DNA of 62,999 bases, counting the filler, from Folioceros fuciformis (taxonomy: Eukaryota): NCBI GenBank assembly GCA_049999805.1. It is 14 parts of 14 records of this genome, joined end to end, with 100 filler letters (N's around TTAATTAATTAA, not from the genome) between each part and the next. Parts side by side here need not be neighbours in the genome. Positions count along the whole stretch, not along the records: positions 48,236 to 54,580 come from JBNGIO010003044.1; positions 54,681 to 62,999 come from JBNGIO010003045.1; 12 more parts are not named here. One strand, given 5' to 3'. The position numbers and the translations under genes are program-made. Below, piece after piece: positions 48,236 to 61,005 of this stretch (position 1 is its first letter; every line of letters starts with the position of its first letter). A model generated the notes under the pieces. That model was not told where the DNA came from, did not search any database, and saw only the letters and a program-made list of their open reading frames with translations.

Positions 48236-49865
48236 CTAGCTTTGCAACATCTCAATTTGGTCTTATAAACTAGAGCAAGGCTGCCGTCGCCCTTGGAATG
48301 GGCAGGGAAGTAACCCTTACTGATGTAACAGCAAGTTTACTTGCTGAAGAAGTGCATCGTGATGCACATAAGAAGTCTTCGGCAGGCTCTTACGCCAGCG
48401 GACCCAAAGCTCTGTTTGCCTCCAAAGGCAAGTTCAAGAAACCCAAAAGATCTGCAGGCTTTAACTACAATGGTCAGGTCTCAAACAACAATCCTCGAAA
48501 GAATCAAAAGGGACTGGTGCAGGATCCCTCGACACTGGGAAAGGGAATGTCGCAAAAAACAAGTTGGCGAGCCCCGAAAGCCCCAGCAACCAGAATCTTA
48601 TATGGCCTCAACCTTGAAACCGACGGTTCTAGTTAGCAGCCTACCAGCCTCCGCAACTCTTTGCAAAAATGGTGCCTGGTTTTTGGATAGTGGTGCAACT
48701 CACCATGTATGTAACTGTGAGCAAGCCTTTGACTCCCTTCAAAGATTCGACCAAGGACACAATTTAGTGGTTGGCAACAAGTCTTCCTACAAAATTGTAG
48801 GCGTAGGCTCTGTGACTCTCACAGATTCTTCTGGACAACTGTTTGCTTTCAAACAAGTCCTTTACGTACCCACCATGATCAAAAACCTGGTCAGTGTCTC
48901 CAAGTTGCTACATACTGGAGACTATTTGATTCATTTCACCAAAGGAGGATGCAGAGTTTTAAACAAGCCTAATCGCAAACCCCTATTATCAGGTGAACTT
49001 ATGGAGGACCTATACAAGCTCGATTTGTATTCTCACTTACCTCCACTAGCAATGCTAGTCACTTCACAAGCAAGTCAGGGTCTCGTAGACCCCTCCGTGC
49101 TCTAGCATGCCAGGCTTGGCCACGGGAGTAATAAACGACTTGCTGAACTGTCCAACAAGGACCTCTATCGGCATAAGATGCCCACCTTGACAGATATTCC
49201 GTTCTGTGATGCTTGTGCAAAAGGCAAGATTAAGCAAACACCTTATTCTAGGATGTCCTCATACAGAGCCTCAGCGCCGTTAGATCTTGTACACACAGAT
49301 CTATGCTGACCTATCTCGACACCTTCTTTCAGAGGCTCCATTTATTTTATGCCGTTTGTCGATGACTACTCGTGAATGACCTTCACTTACTTTCTACAAA
49401 AGAAAAGCCAAGCGCTTCAGACTTTTCAAGAGTATATGTCAATGGCAGAAAGACAAACAGAGCGTTCACTCAAACAGTTACGCTCACATGGCGCTAGTGA
49501 ACTAAACTCCAACGCATTCATTGCTTTCTGCTCAGAGCGTGGTATCGTCAAATAGGTTACAATTCCACACTCCTCTACCATGAACGGGGTGGCTGAAAAT
49601 AAACATCAAGTCCTATAGTATTTCGCACGCACAATGCTACTGCAGGCTGGTTTGAGCAAACACTACTAAGCAGAGGCAATTGATACAGCCAATTACATCC
49701 TCAATCGGTTACCCTCTGTGGCTATCGGCGGTCAAATTCCATTTACCTTATGGACTGGCCTTAAGCCTTCCTTAGCACACATACGTGTGTTCGGGTCACC
49801 CAGCTATGTGTATATACCATCCACTTTCCATTCAAAGTTTGACGCTAGATCTGAGCAGTATATAC
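48236..49865 (+). mobile_element. Second copy of Copia element C (gag end to integrase), interrupted by a Tork-like insertion
   Basis: Collinear with 20750-22378 and starts at the identical base. Confidence 0.95.
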
Positions 49866-52800
49866 TGAAGGATTGCTCTATGAGCTACATGAAGGAGGAA
49901 AGGAGGAGGCAAGGAGGAGAGGAGAAAGAGAGGTCACACTCTCACAATGAGTCTTTAGCAAGGGAGCTCAAAGGGGTATTTATACCCTCTAGAAGAGCTC
50001 CCTAGGAAGCTGCGCAAGAAGCTTTCTACAAATTAGCTTAAGCTAATCTAATCTAATGATACTTAACTAGACACTAATCTTAGACTAAACACATTAGTCT
50101 AAGCACATTGGGCTTTAATAACCCTACAACCTCCCCCTTAAAGGCCAATTTACCTTCATAGGAGAGCGGTCTACCTCATGCCCATGAGTGTCCGAGCTTG
50201 TGCGAATTGCTCCGAAGAGAGCCCCTTTGTAAGAATATCTGCAGGGTTCTGACTGGTGTGAACTTTGACAAGCTATACCTTCTTGTCTTCCAACACCTCT
50301 CGAATGAAGTGATACTTCACCTCCACATGTTTGGTCTTCGCATGAAACATTGGATTTTTCGCCAATTGGATAGCACTCTGTCTATCACAATGCAACATTG
50401 GCAGCTCAACCTTGATCCCAAAATCTCCCACTAAATGAGCAAGCTAAATGGCTTCCTTGCACGCCTCAGTCGCTGCAACATACTCGGCCTTCGTGGTAGA
50501 TAGCGTTATGCACAATTGCAAACGAGATCGCTATGAGACTGCCTCTCTAGTGCACATGAAAACATAACCTGATGTGGACCTCCTTTTGTCCATATCCTCT
50601 GCATAATCAGCATCCGTATATCCCACTACAGATGCATCTTCACTACCAAAACATAAACACAAAGCTTTCGTACCATTCAAATACCTCATAACTCCTTTTA
50701 CTACCTCCCAATGCTTCCTGCCATGGTTTGACATAACCTGCTAACAACTCCCACTGCAAAAGCATTGTCAGGATGTGTAGCAATTATTGCATACATCAAA
50801 CTCCCTACCGCTGATGAGTATGGAACCTTCTCCATTTCAACTTTGTCCTCCGTAGAGCTTGGGCAATCCTTGCTCGAAAGTTTCACATATGGAGGCGATG
50901 GAGTACTCAATACCTTCCCCTTCTCCATATTGAAACTTTGAAGCACCTTGTTAATGTATTCTGTCTGGGACAAGTAAAGCAAATGCTTATGCCTGACTCG
51001 ACGAATACGCATGCCAAGAATATGGCTTGCCTCTCCCAAGTCTGTCATGTCAAAGCGAGCATTCAACTTTGACTTCAACCCTGAAATCTTATCACTGCTA
51101 TTCCTAGCAATTAACATATCATCCACATAGAGGACCCGATTGAGCAAGCTTCCATCCTTAGCTTGCTTCGTATAGAGGCAATGATCCTCATCGCTACGTT
51201 TGTAGCCTTGAGAAAGCATAAATGAGTGGAATTTGAAATACCACTCCTTGAGTGCATGCTTCAAACCATAAAGACTCTTCTTTAACCTGCACACCAAACT
51301 CTCTCTACCCTCCTCAATGAAACCCTCTGGTTGCTGCATGTATACCTCTTCCTGGAGATCACCATGTAGAAATGCCGACTTCACATCTGTCTGGACAAGT
51401 TCCATGTCGTGCCTCGCAACCAGACCAAGAACACATCGCAAGGTGGTCATTTTGACAACTGGTGAGAAAATCTCATGAAAGTCAATACCTTGCTGTTGCT
51501 TAAAACCCTTAGCAACCAAACGCGCCTTGTCCTTGGGGTTGACATAATGGGGTATGTCCTTCATCTTATACACCCATTTGCATGGCAACACCTTCTTGCC
51601 CCTAGGCAATCGAACCAACTCCCAAGTTTGGTTCTTATGGAGCGATTCCATCTGCGACTGCATCACCTTCTCCCATTTGCCCTTGTCAGTCACTGACATG
51701 GTCTCTTGATAACAAGAGGGCTCCCCACAATCCATCATCATGACATAATCAAGAGATGCGACATACATGTTAGGAGGATGTGAGATCCTTCCTGACCTAC
51801 GAAGCACTGGCGCCTCGACCGGAGCTGGTTGCACTCTCTCCTCTTCTACAAGTGGAGGAACTTGTTCCTGCACATCACGACGTTCAACCTACGCGGGACG
51901 GTCAAGTCCATCTTCTTGGAAGACCACCCATCGCACCTCCACAGTTGGAGTAGGCTTCTTGTGCATCTTGGTCTCATTGAAAAACACGTCATTGCTGCGA
52001 ACCATCCTCTTGGCCTTTGGATCCCATAAACGGTATCCCATCTCACCAGATTCACCATAGCCAAGAAAAATACATTTTCTTGACTTAAGAGCCAATTTGT
52101 CTCGAAACTCCTTCGGAACATGATAGTATGCCTCGCAGCCAAACACTCGTAGATGCTTGTATGACGGCTTCTTTCTAGATCACATCTCCTCTGGAACCTG
52201 TTCATCCACAGCCCTATTAGGAGATCTGTTAATAAGATGCACCGTAGTAACCACTGCTTCTGCCCTAAATCCGTTAGGCAATCCAGAGTTTGACAACAAA
52301 CTACGCATCCACTCTTAGATGGTCCTGTTCATCTATTCAGCCACACCATTCTGGGGAGGAGTATACGGCGTAGTCAATTCTCTCTTGATTCCCTTGGAAT
52401 CACAGAATGACTGGAAAGCCTTCAAAACATACTCTCCCCCATTGTCTGTCCTTAGACACTTCAGTCGGAGGCCAGACTGATTCTCCACAAGGGTGACGAA
52501 CTTCTGAAACACTTTCAGAACATCATTCTTTTTCCTCAAAGGATAAATCCACACCTTGCGTGAGAAATCATCTATGAAAGTGACAAAAATAAGATGCATC
52601 GCCTAACGATACAGTGGGCATAGGTCCACAAACTTTACTGTGAACCAATTCAAGAGGTTTACTTTTGTGTTTACCTCTTGCTCCATGTGGTGACTTCGTC
52701 TGTTTCCCAGACAAACAATGCTCACACACGGAGAAATCGGAGAAGTCAAAAGCAGGGACGTAACCAAAATGAGATAGTATCTTCATTCCTTTTAGAGACA

Positions 52801-54580
52801 TATGTCCTAACCGACTATGCCACAAGGAAACACTTGGCTGTTGTGTTACACAAATCACATGATCCTTGACAGTGGTTACCTGACGTGAGTACAAAGTGCC
52901 ACACTTCGATCCACGAGCTAACACAAGAGAACCTTTGGAGATCTTCCAAGAACCATCTCCAAACCAACAGTGGTAGCCTGCGTCATCCAACTGCCCTGCG
53001 CTAATCATGATTTTGGTCAACTTCGGAACATGCCTAACATCCTTTAGTACGAATGAAGATCCATTGTCGAACTTCAGCTGCACATCACCAACGCCTGCAA
53101 TCTCGTATGCGTAGTTATTTCCAAGCCGAACACATCCTTTCCTAGTAACATCATAGGTGTTAAACCACTCCCTATGCGGAGGAACATGGAAAGATGCTCC
53201 AGAGTCAATTATCCAATTAGAGAATAAGTGACTCTCCACGGCTGTCAGTTGTGCATAATCGAAGTAAGAAGAGGTAAGAACATCTCCATCATCAACAGAG
53301 TTCACCTCGTCACGCTTGACACTCGGACTTGTCTTGTTGTCGCTCTGCTTCTTCTCCTTTTCTTTGTCCTTCTTGAACTTATCACGGTCCCTTCTAATGT
53401 GACCCTTCTTGTGACAATGGTAACACTCAACATTATTACGACCACGAGACTTACTGTGGGAACGACTTCGTTCCTTGTACTTTCCCTTTGAAGTGGACCT
53501 TCCTCTCACCATGAGGGCGTTGGAACCTTTTGAGGGTTCCATATTCTTGATGTTCACCTCCTCTGTTAATAGGCTACCTTCTACATTTACAACGGTAAGA
53601 CCATTAGCAGAAGCGGAATTACTCAGAGCTGTACGAAAGGTGTCCCAGCTCTCTAGTAATGTGACCAACAGAAACATAGCTCTCACGGAATCTAGGAACG
53701 AGATACCTTGAGATGAGAGCTGGCTGAAAATGGTATTGAACTTGTTCAGATGATCGGACATCCTCGTCCCTTCCTTCATCTTCAAGTCCACCAGCTGTTT
53801 CAACCAATACACCTGAGAAGCCGCACTTTGCTTCTCGTACAGGTCACACAACTTCTGCCATAGCTCGTAACTTGTGGTCTTGTCTTTCACGTTGAAGTAG
53901 ACCGACTTCGACAATGTTAGCATGATGGTAGACCTAGCAAGCTCATCTAGATCCTGCCACTCATCCTAAGTCATGCTAACGGGTTTCACTCCTAGCAACT
54001 TGATGGGCTTGATCTGCTTCTTCTGTACTAGAATATTATACACTTGTTCTTTCCAGAACGGGAAGTTAGTACCATCTAACTTGTCGATATTGAACATGAC
54101 GTTTTCTGAGGACGTCATGATTCAAAATCGATGCAAATCAAGCAAAAGGCTAGTTAGAAAATGTCGGAATGTAATGTAGCTTGTAAAAGTTACCCTCACA
54201 ACTTGTTCCGAATCGGCTATCCACAATTCAGGCCTCTGTTGCTCACGGCTGCAGTCTTTTCGTCTGATTCAAGGTCCCCTGCCTCTCGGCGTCAGCGTTC
54301 CAGCGCCCGCAATCCCGCGTATGCTTACGATACCCGTGCCGCGACTGGCCCGACTGGCCTCGTTCATGTCGTCCACTGGCCCGACGGCCGTGCCCTCTGT
54401 GGCGATTGTGGTGCCTGGCACGACCTGGTGTCCTACGCCCGTGTGCCCGCCGGTGCCTGGCGCCCGGGCTTCTGCGCCTGGCGTTGCTGGGTTGGCGCCC
54501 GCATCAGGCGGGCGGTCGTGGCCGGGCCATCGCCCCTGGCCAGCGGGGCTGGCGGCCCGGCTGGGGGCCTGGCACCGCCC
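49866..54580 (-). mobile_element. Near full-length Tnt1/Tork-like Copia element (5' LTR lost in gap)
   Basis: 3' LTR 49866-50128; PPT at about 50130-50139; RNase H, RT (RLVAKGF, LYVDD), integrase and protease; gag from ATG 54118; GC-rich UTR to 54580. Many stops and frameshifts. Confidence 0.96.
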
Positions 54581-54680
54581 NNNNNNNNNNNNNNNNNNNN
54601 NNNNNNNNNNNNNNNNNNNNNNNNTTAATTAATTAANNNNNNNNNNNNNNNNNNNNNNNNNNNNNNNNNNNNNNNNNNNN

Positions 54681-54936
54681 CCCCCGGTTTTCTGAACGGT
54701 CTGCATTGAGGGGTCTGACTGTACTGGAATATTGACGTTGTGTGGTACTCGTCCGCCCCCCGGTTTTCTGAACGGTCTGCATTGAGGGGTCTGACTGTAC
54801 TGGAATATTGACGTTGTGTGGTACTCGTCCGCCCCCCGGTTTTCTGAACGGTCTGCATTGAGGGGTCTGACTGTACTGGAATATTGACGTTGTGTGGTAC
54901 TCGTCCGCCCCCCGGTTTTCTGAACGGTCTGCATTG
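54681..54936. repeat. 76-bp tandem repeat, about 3.4 identical copies, truncated by gap
   Basis: Unit CCCCCGGTTTTCTGAACGGTCTGCATTGAGGGG...GTACTCGTCCGC at 54681, 54757, 54833 and 54909. Confidence 0.95.
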
Positions 54937-55346
54937 TTGACCGATACCCACCAGTTTGGTTTGGAGTTGCCGGATGTGGAATATCCTCCGCTCTCCGTGG
55001 TCCGCATAGGCAAATCGGGAAACAAGCAGGACGAGATTGTTGGATATGATGACTAACATCCAGATGTAGTGATGTGGACAAGTAAGCAGGTAGCACCTCT
55101 GAGAAAGAGGTCATGTCTGGCTCTTGGTAAGTAAACTACGACGCTAGTTATTCACAGCAGTCACATTTACACGAACGCAATATTAAACAGAGCGGACAAG
55201 AAGGTAGTCGAGGGCTCTAGAGGGATTATACAGACTGTCTAGGAGAGATTCCATAGCTTAGGTCAAGAGACGAGCGGATCCTTTCAGGGATATCACTCTG
55301 AAATGGCTTTGCTTTATGGACTTATCCAGACGTCACGGCAAGTAAT

Positions 55347-57339
55347 TCAATTTGCAGCTCGTTCGGATCCTGTTAAGAAAGTATTCCTCCTGTAGGATGT
55401 CCCGTTCAGATCTTCAATGACCCATTTTAGTTCAGTCATATCACCTACGCTAAAATGGACATTGCTTCCTCCCATTGCCCTTGCAGTCTCGTCTACATGT
55501 AATGTCCCTTCCGCAAGCCTGTTGAACCATGAGACGAGACCTGCTTTGCCGTCTTTCATCCAACCAAGGTCAAGATTTCCTTCCGACAGGAAAAATGTTT
55601 GCTGTTTCCTGAGGCCATATTGATCATCGGAAGAATCAGACATTGATGCTTGCGTATCAGCTTCACGTGGCGGTCTACTCAACCTGCACACGAAAAACCC
55701 TGAGTCTGCCACAACTTCCAATACTGCATCGCTCTGCGGGCCTTCACCAATCACCTGACAGAAATAGACGAGGACAAGGTGCCAGCGTGTTCACAAATTA
55801 GGGGCTTAAAGGCGCAAACCAAGAGGACACGAGGAAAAGGAATTGATGAACACACCATCATAACTTGTTTTGCTGGAAGGCCTAAATTGCGGCATACTGA
55901 CTTCAATAGTCCATTGCTGTCATTTACCGAAGAGACAATAAGAAGAGGCCCCTGTGTGCTACCCTCGGACACAATTGCTCTCCACTTCAACAGTCAGCGA
56001 AGATCATTCTGTACCTCAGCAGTTCGCCACCTCCAGGATCCTCTTGGTTCACACGCACCTCGGTAACTTGCTGAAACTTATGATTACCCAGCTGATCTAG
56101 TAGATAGGGCAGATCACCTTTCTCACCCCGTGCCAGCAAAGCTCTTGAAACCCCTCGTTCCTGTCAAAAAATTGGAGAGAGCACATCTGAGAATGAGATG
56201 ACCATCGTTGCCAACAGATGCAATACCTGGGAAAACAAGACGAAGATGCAGTGGGAAATGCATGAAAACCGAGACTTCAAATCACATGATAGATGGACAT
56301 GATGACAAGATTAGATGAAGCAACCCAAATAAAAGAACCACAGACCTCAAGGTAACGAACAAGTCCAAATGACCCTGGAGCTGCTTGCCAAGTCCTGCCT
56401 CCTGCTGCCATTCTGGGACCTGCAGCAGGCGTGATTTCAAGGTTTCCCTGCTCTCTCCGAGCATCTGCTGCTAGCTTCTTGGCTTGAATTTTCAACATAT
56501 ATTTTGCTCGAATGCTGTCACCAGTTCCGAGTACTTCCTCCATGGCCTGCTTCTCCTCCAGCTTCGTCTGAGCCTCCTTCCGCTCTGCTTTCTTAGCTGC
56601 TGTCAAGCGACTTTCCAGGCTCGCTACTCCTTTCAGCCCCAGCTTTTCTATAACCTCGGTGGCATCGACTTTCAGCTCATCAGGCTTCATCTTGTCTGTG
56701 GTATTGAAATCTAAGTTGGTCGTCCAATCCTCCCACCTCTTCGGAATTGAAGTTACATCACCTACGTAGGTCGCGACGGCACACCCACAGTCAGTAACCA
56801 TATCCATATCTAATTGTTCTCCTTCGCTGCTACGTACTATCACACCTGCCTGCTTGTCACATCAACAGAAACCCTGCCTAGCTGCTTGTGCAGTGTGCAC
56901 ATCTCCAGCTTCTGCTAACCCACGCGCTTAAACAGCAACAACCTGGCAACTACAGGAATGAAAAAAAGAGGTCCTCACGTGATGCCTCAATCAAGGCAGG
57001 CATGTCAAAGATCACTCCACGCACCAGAAATCCAGTCTCCACTCCCTCAATGAAATGCCTCTGGAAGTAGATATCCTCAATATTCAACTTCCTTCCCCAC
57101 ATCTGGTGCCCATCCAGAGCGTAGAAACCCTTGTGCAGGTCCGCCGGCGGAGGCGCTCCCAGAAGATGCGCCAGGAGCTCCTTGAATAGCATGCCAAGAC
57201 CCCCAGGAGAGATCACAGACCAATCCACTTCAAATGTAACCCCTCTCGACTCCGGCACTCCGTGCAGAACCGAAGGCCGGAGCAACCGCTTCCACAAAGA
57301 CGCCGCCATGTGCAGTAATTCAAACTCTGGTTCGATCAA
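55347..57339 (-). CDS. Unidentified multi-exon gene or pseudogene with a central coiled-coil-like region; ends uncertain
   Basis: GT-AG intron 56846-56978 joins ...IEAS and RVIVRSSEG in frame. Further pyrimidine-tract/AG acceptors near 56228, 56162 and 55756; exon-like ORFs 56277-56843 and 55347-55754. Confidence 0.5.
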
Positions 57340-57613
57340 ACAACCCGACAGGCCCTTTGGGCATCAGAGCGCGCACAGCAAACCGCGAATCTTTCCGCTC
57401 ATGGCCTCAGCTGCCTGATACACTGGACTGATTCTGTGAAAGATTCCATGAAGCTTACATTTATGAACAAAGTTGGACAATTATAAGGACCAACGTTTGC
57501 GCAATAGCGCATAAAACGTAGGTTACGATGACGGCACCTTCTCAGCTAGATTCGGCGTTTGTACCTTCTAAATCTGCCTACTTGGACACACAAAACTAAG
57601 ATGATACTACAAT

Positions 57614-59629
57614 TCAGGCTTCTCGGGCATCTGCCAAGCTGTCGATGGATCTGAAGAAGCTGACCATAGGGTCATACAAATCCGCCTTGGCACGGGTGCT
57701 GAGAATGAAGTCGATGTGACCATAGTCTTCCACGTAAACCAGCCTTGGTTTGGACTGCAACTCATTGATGGTGCGGAGGAGGTCAACGGGGTCAGCCAGA
57801 GCATCGTTCCCGCCATAAGCCATCCACATCGGGAAGAACTTCGGGATGAGGGACAAGTCATATTCAGGAGGAGTCAGTCTGTAGTAGTGCTTCAGGTTGC
57901 CAACCCAACCGTAGTCGTATTTGGCGAATGTGCCCTTTCGGATCACTGGCAACGAGAGTTTGGAAGCGCGTTACAGCAGAAGGATAAGACCCAACAGAAT
58001 TGCATGATACCAGGAAGCTAGTGGGATGCAAAGCTAGTTCAATCTTGTAAAAGGCAGCCCGAAACAGAAGAAACGTACTCTGAGCTAAGTGTTGCATGTT
58101 TTTCAAGGACGTAGCGTGTGGCTCGTACTGCAGATAATACGGCACCCTACTGCTATTGAAGCAGCAATTTGGCCCTACAACGTTGAAGCACTTAAACTAG
58201 GTTAGAGAGTGCCGGTTTCTACAGAACCTCAGATTGGTTGCACCACGCAGACTCGTACCAGTTATTGCTGTCAGGTAGTCCCCACACTCCCCTTCCATGC
58301 TCATGCACACCATATTTACAAACTGGACACCAAGATCGCTGCCAAAGGAGCCAGGGTCGGAGAGAAAGAGAGAGAGGGTAAGAGCCTTGTAAGAAACACC
58401 ACGAATTAGACTAGACAAAGGCCTTAACGACTGTTAGAACTTACCTGCGAAGGTTGAATTCAGCGAACCCCATGGCCTTCACTAGCTGCAGGCAGATATG
58501 GGATCAGCCGCCAGGCCTCGCTTCACGAAGGTGCATGAACAGCGAACACGCAAATCAGCAACTTAGCTAGCAAAAGAATTCAACCCCACCTTATCAATGT
58601 ACAGGTGAGCAGCGTTGCTGCAGAACTTGGAAGTTATGTGGTCCAAGTAAGAGATGGGACTTAGTAAAGCTGCCGCTGCCACAAACTCTGCGATCTTGGT
58701 CTGTGACAGAGCAGCTAGCGCCATAATTGTACCCTAGTGGATCCACACACAAGGTTTTCAGCAAACAAATGACATGAAAAAAACGAGTGACAAAGAGCAG
58801 CACCCCTTACCTGAGAGTGCCCAACATAGTAAACAGGAAAACCTGTGGTCTTGTACACAAAACCCAGCATTGTAGCGAGATCGAACTCAGCCAGCTCATC
58901 CCACGTCCAGTCCCAAAACTCCTGAAGCCCAATGGGTTGACGAGCTGATCAATGTCAGACTCAGAGAAACGAGGAGTTACAAACAGAAGACAAAATTTGT
59001 AAGCTGGTAGACATGCCTGCTCGCCTGAGGACAAGGAGATGTGACCATGGCTCCACCGAGTACCCCGAACACTGCCGATCCAGACATCAAATCCCTCGTC
59101 GGCCAGGATAAAACCTAAAGATTGATCCGGTTCATTGAGAAGCCATGTATCACCAGCCTGTCATTCCAGTATCCCAAGGAATTCAGTGATTTGCAGGAAA
59201 CAAGCGGGAGGATACATACTGAAGATGAAAAAAATTGGCCAACCTGAAGCAAGCCGTGTTGCAAAAACACAGGTTTCCTGACCTCGCCTTTGAGGCCGAA
59301 CCCAGCACGACCGTAGGGTATGCGTTGGACACCAAGCAGGAACCCATCCTCCGTGAGAACCTGGGAAAAATCTTCCACCAGAATCAGGACACCATGATCT
59401 GTCTCCCATCGGCAGGCAGAGAAAGAAATGAGGAGCTACCCTCGCCCTTGCCCAAAAACGAACTGCGTACCGTATACTCCTGGCAAGGGTAGCCATAGCC
59501 AAGCACTATAGCCGAACACAAATCCACCGGCTCATCACCATAGACCAGTGCCAACTGTTCTCCAGCCACGACACAGGCACAAAACACGACCAGGAGAGCG
59601 CGAACCCCGTGCCAGTATCCAGCAGCCAT
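57614..59629 (-). CDS. LIP1: Acid triacylglycerol lipase (alpha/beta hydrolase, LIP1-like), 9 exons, 406 aa, signal peptide
   Basis: Exons 59629-59471, 59360-59244, 59157-59017, 58921-58811, 58733-58590, 58485-58445, 58338-58259, 58174-58079, 57945-57614 splice in frame (1221 nt). Motifs TEDGFLLGVQRI, PVFLQHGLL, GFDVW, FWDWTWDELA, GHSQG (Ser), GGNDALAD (Asp), YGHIDF (His). Confidence 0.93.
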
Positions 59630-60720
59630 GTCTCGAACCTCGGTGGCCGCGTTACCCGAGACGTGAGCTTTGCACCAGATGTTCCGTGACCCCACTCCAG
59701 TCACATGCAACCAACATCAACTACCAATTCGACCACGCAGACTCAGCATCCCCGACGTCAAGCAGTCCGACCACCTCCTTCGGCACTTGGCCTTCATCCC
59801 GCCGGGTCAGGGGCTCACATATATACAGTCTTTTGCCCATCCCCAACAACAATCGAGCCCATCTCTATCCCAAACCGGCCACCGAGCCGTCTCACGGCCG
59901 TTCCATTCCTAGGCTGGGAGAGCAATCTCGGTCCAGGCCATCAAAGCCACCACCCCGTGCGGACGCCTGCTGAAGGCAAAAGCAACATGGCTGCAGCCCA
60001 GGTGCCCAGACGTGGCTGTGTTTGCGCTATAAAGAAGGAAAAAGAGCCTGAGGGAGCAGGATCGAGCCCAGGCTCGACCATGAGGTCGGGACGCAGGCCG
60101 TTTGTGGGAAATCTGCTGAGCTGGGCGGCGCTGATTTGCTCCAGAAACCCGGACAAAAGAAGTTGGCAAGCGGCATCACCTGGGGAGGCTGAGCTTCCTT
60201 CTCCCGGCACGCAATCTATGTGTCCACAGCCCATTACAAGACTGCATCTATGAAACTGCGGTTGCATGAAAAGACTGGCAACCTCCTCATTGTGTATCGG
60301 AATCCACTCTCTTCCAGGATCCAAGTACAGTAACGGCTCCGCATTCCAGGCGCTGATTCCTGTACTTTCTCCGAGCCCAAGTAAATTACACCTTTTTCAA
60401 CCCAGACGGTAAAAAAACAATTTTGCATTCAAAGGTGAATGTGTAGCACAATGAAAGAAACGGAAGATTGATGGAAAGCTTTTGAATTTGTATTGTTTAG
60501 ATGAAAGTGAAAAATTGTAGACAAGACAACCTATTGCGCGGGGTAGAGATAACACTTGGACTTTGCCTACCACCATTTCAAAATTATAAACTTAAGCATT
60601 AAGTGAAGGTCAATTAAATAATAAAAAAAATTTACATCTTGTTAAAAAAGCTACTTGTATACACATTTTATATATGTTCTTGTAAGTCCAACTTAAATTA
60701 TTATGAAAAGGTATGTCTAT

Positions 60721-60854
60721 TGATAAAACCACGTAACCCTAATGAAAGGGTAACCTGCTGACTTTAAACATTAATTGCTGACTTTAAACATTAATTAAAC
60801 TATTTCTTAATATGCTGATAACACACCTAACCTAACCACACTTAGGTTTTATCA
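60721..60854 (-). repeat. 134-bp 3' LTR of Copia element E
   Basis: Perfect 10-bp terminal inverted repeat TGATAAAACC/GGTTTTATCA; adjacent minus-strand PPT AGTGGGAG (60855-60862); internal tandem duplication TGCTGACTTTAAACATTAAT. Confidence 0.82.
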
Positions 60855-61005
60855 CTCCCACTTGTTGAAGCATGTTAAGAACAGGACAAGTCTCATGAAG
60901 GTCTTCTCGTGACAATCTCTTCAACTCCTGTCTTGAAGGCGGCGCACATGTAACACTCAACTACGCCTCACGTCCATTACGCTCCATTCCAATCCTTGAT
61001 AAGCA

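Noticed and set aside
59548-60428. ORFs upstream of and antisense to the lipase
   Set aside because: No recognisable domain or consistent splice structure; likely promoter or intergenic sequence.
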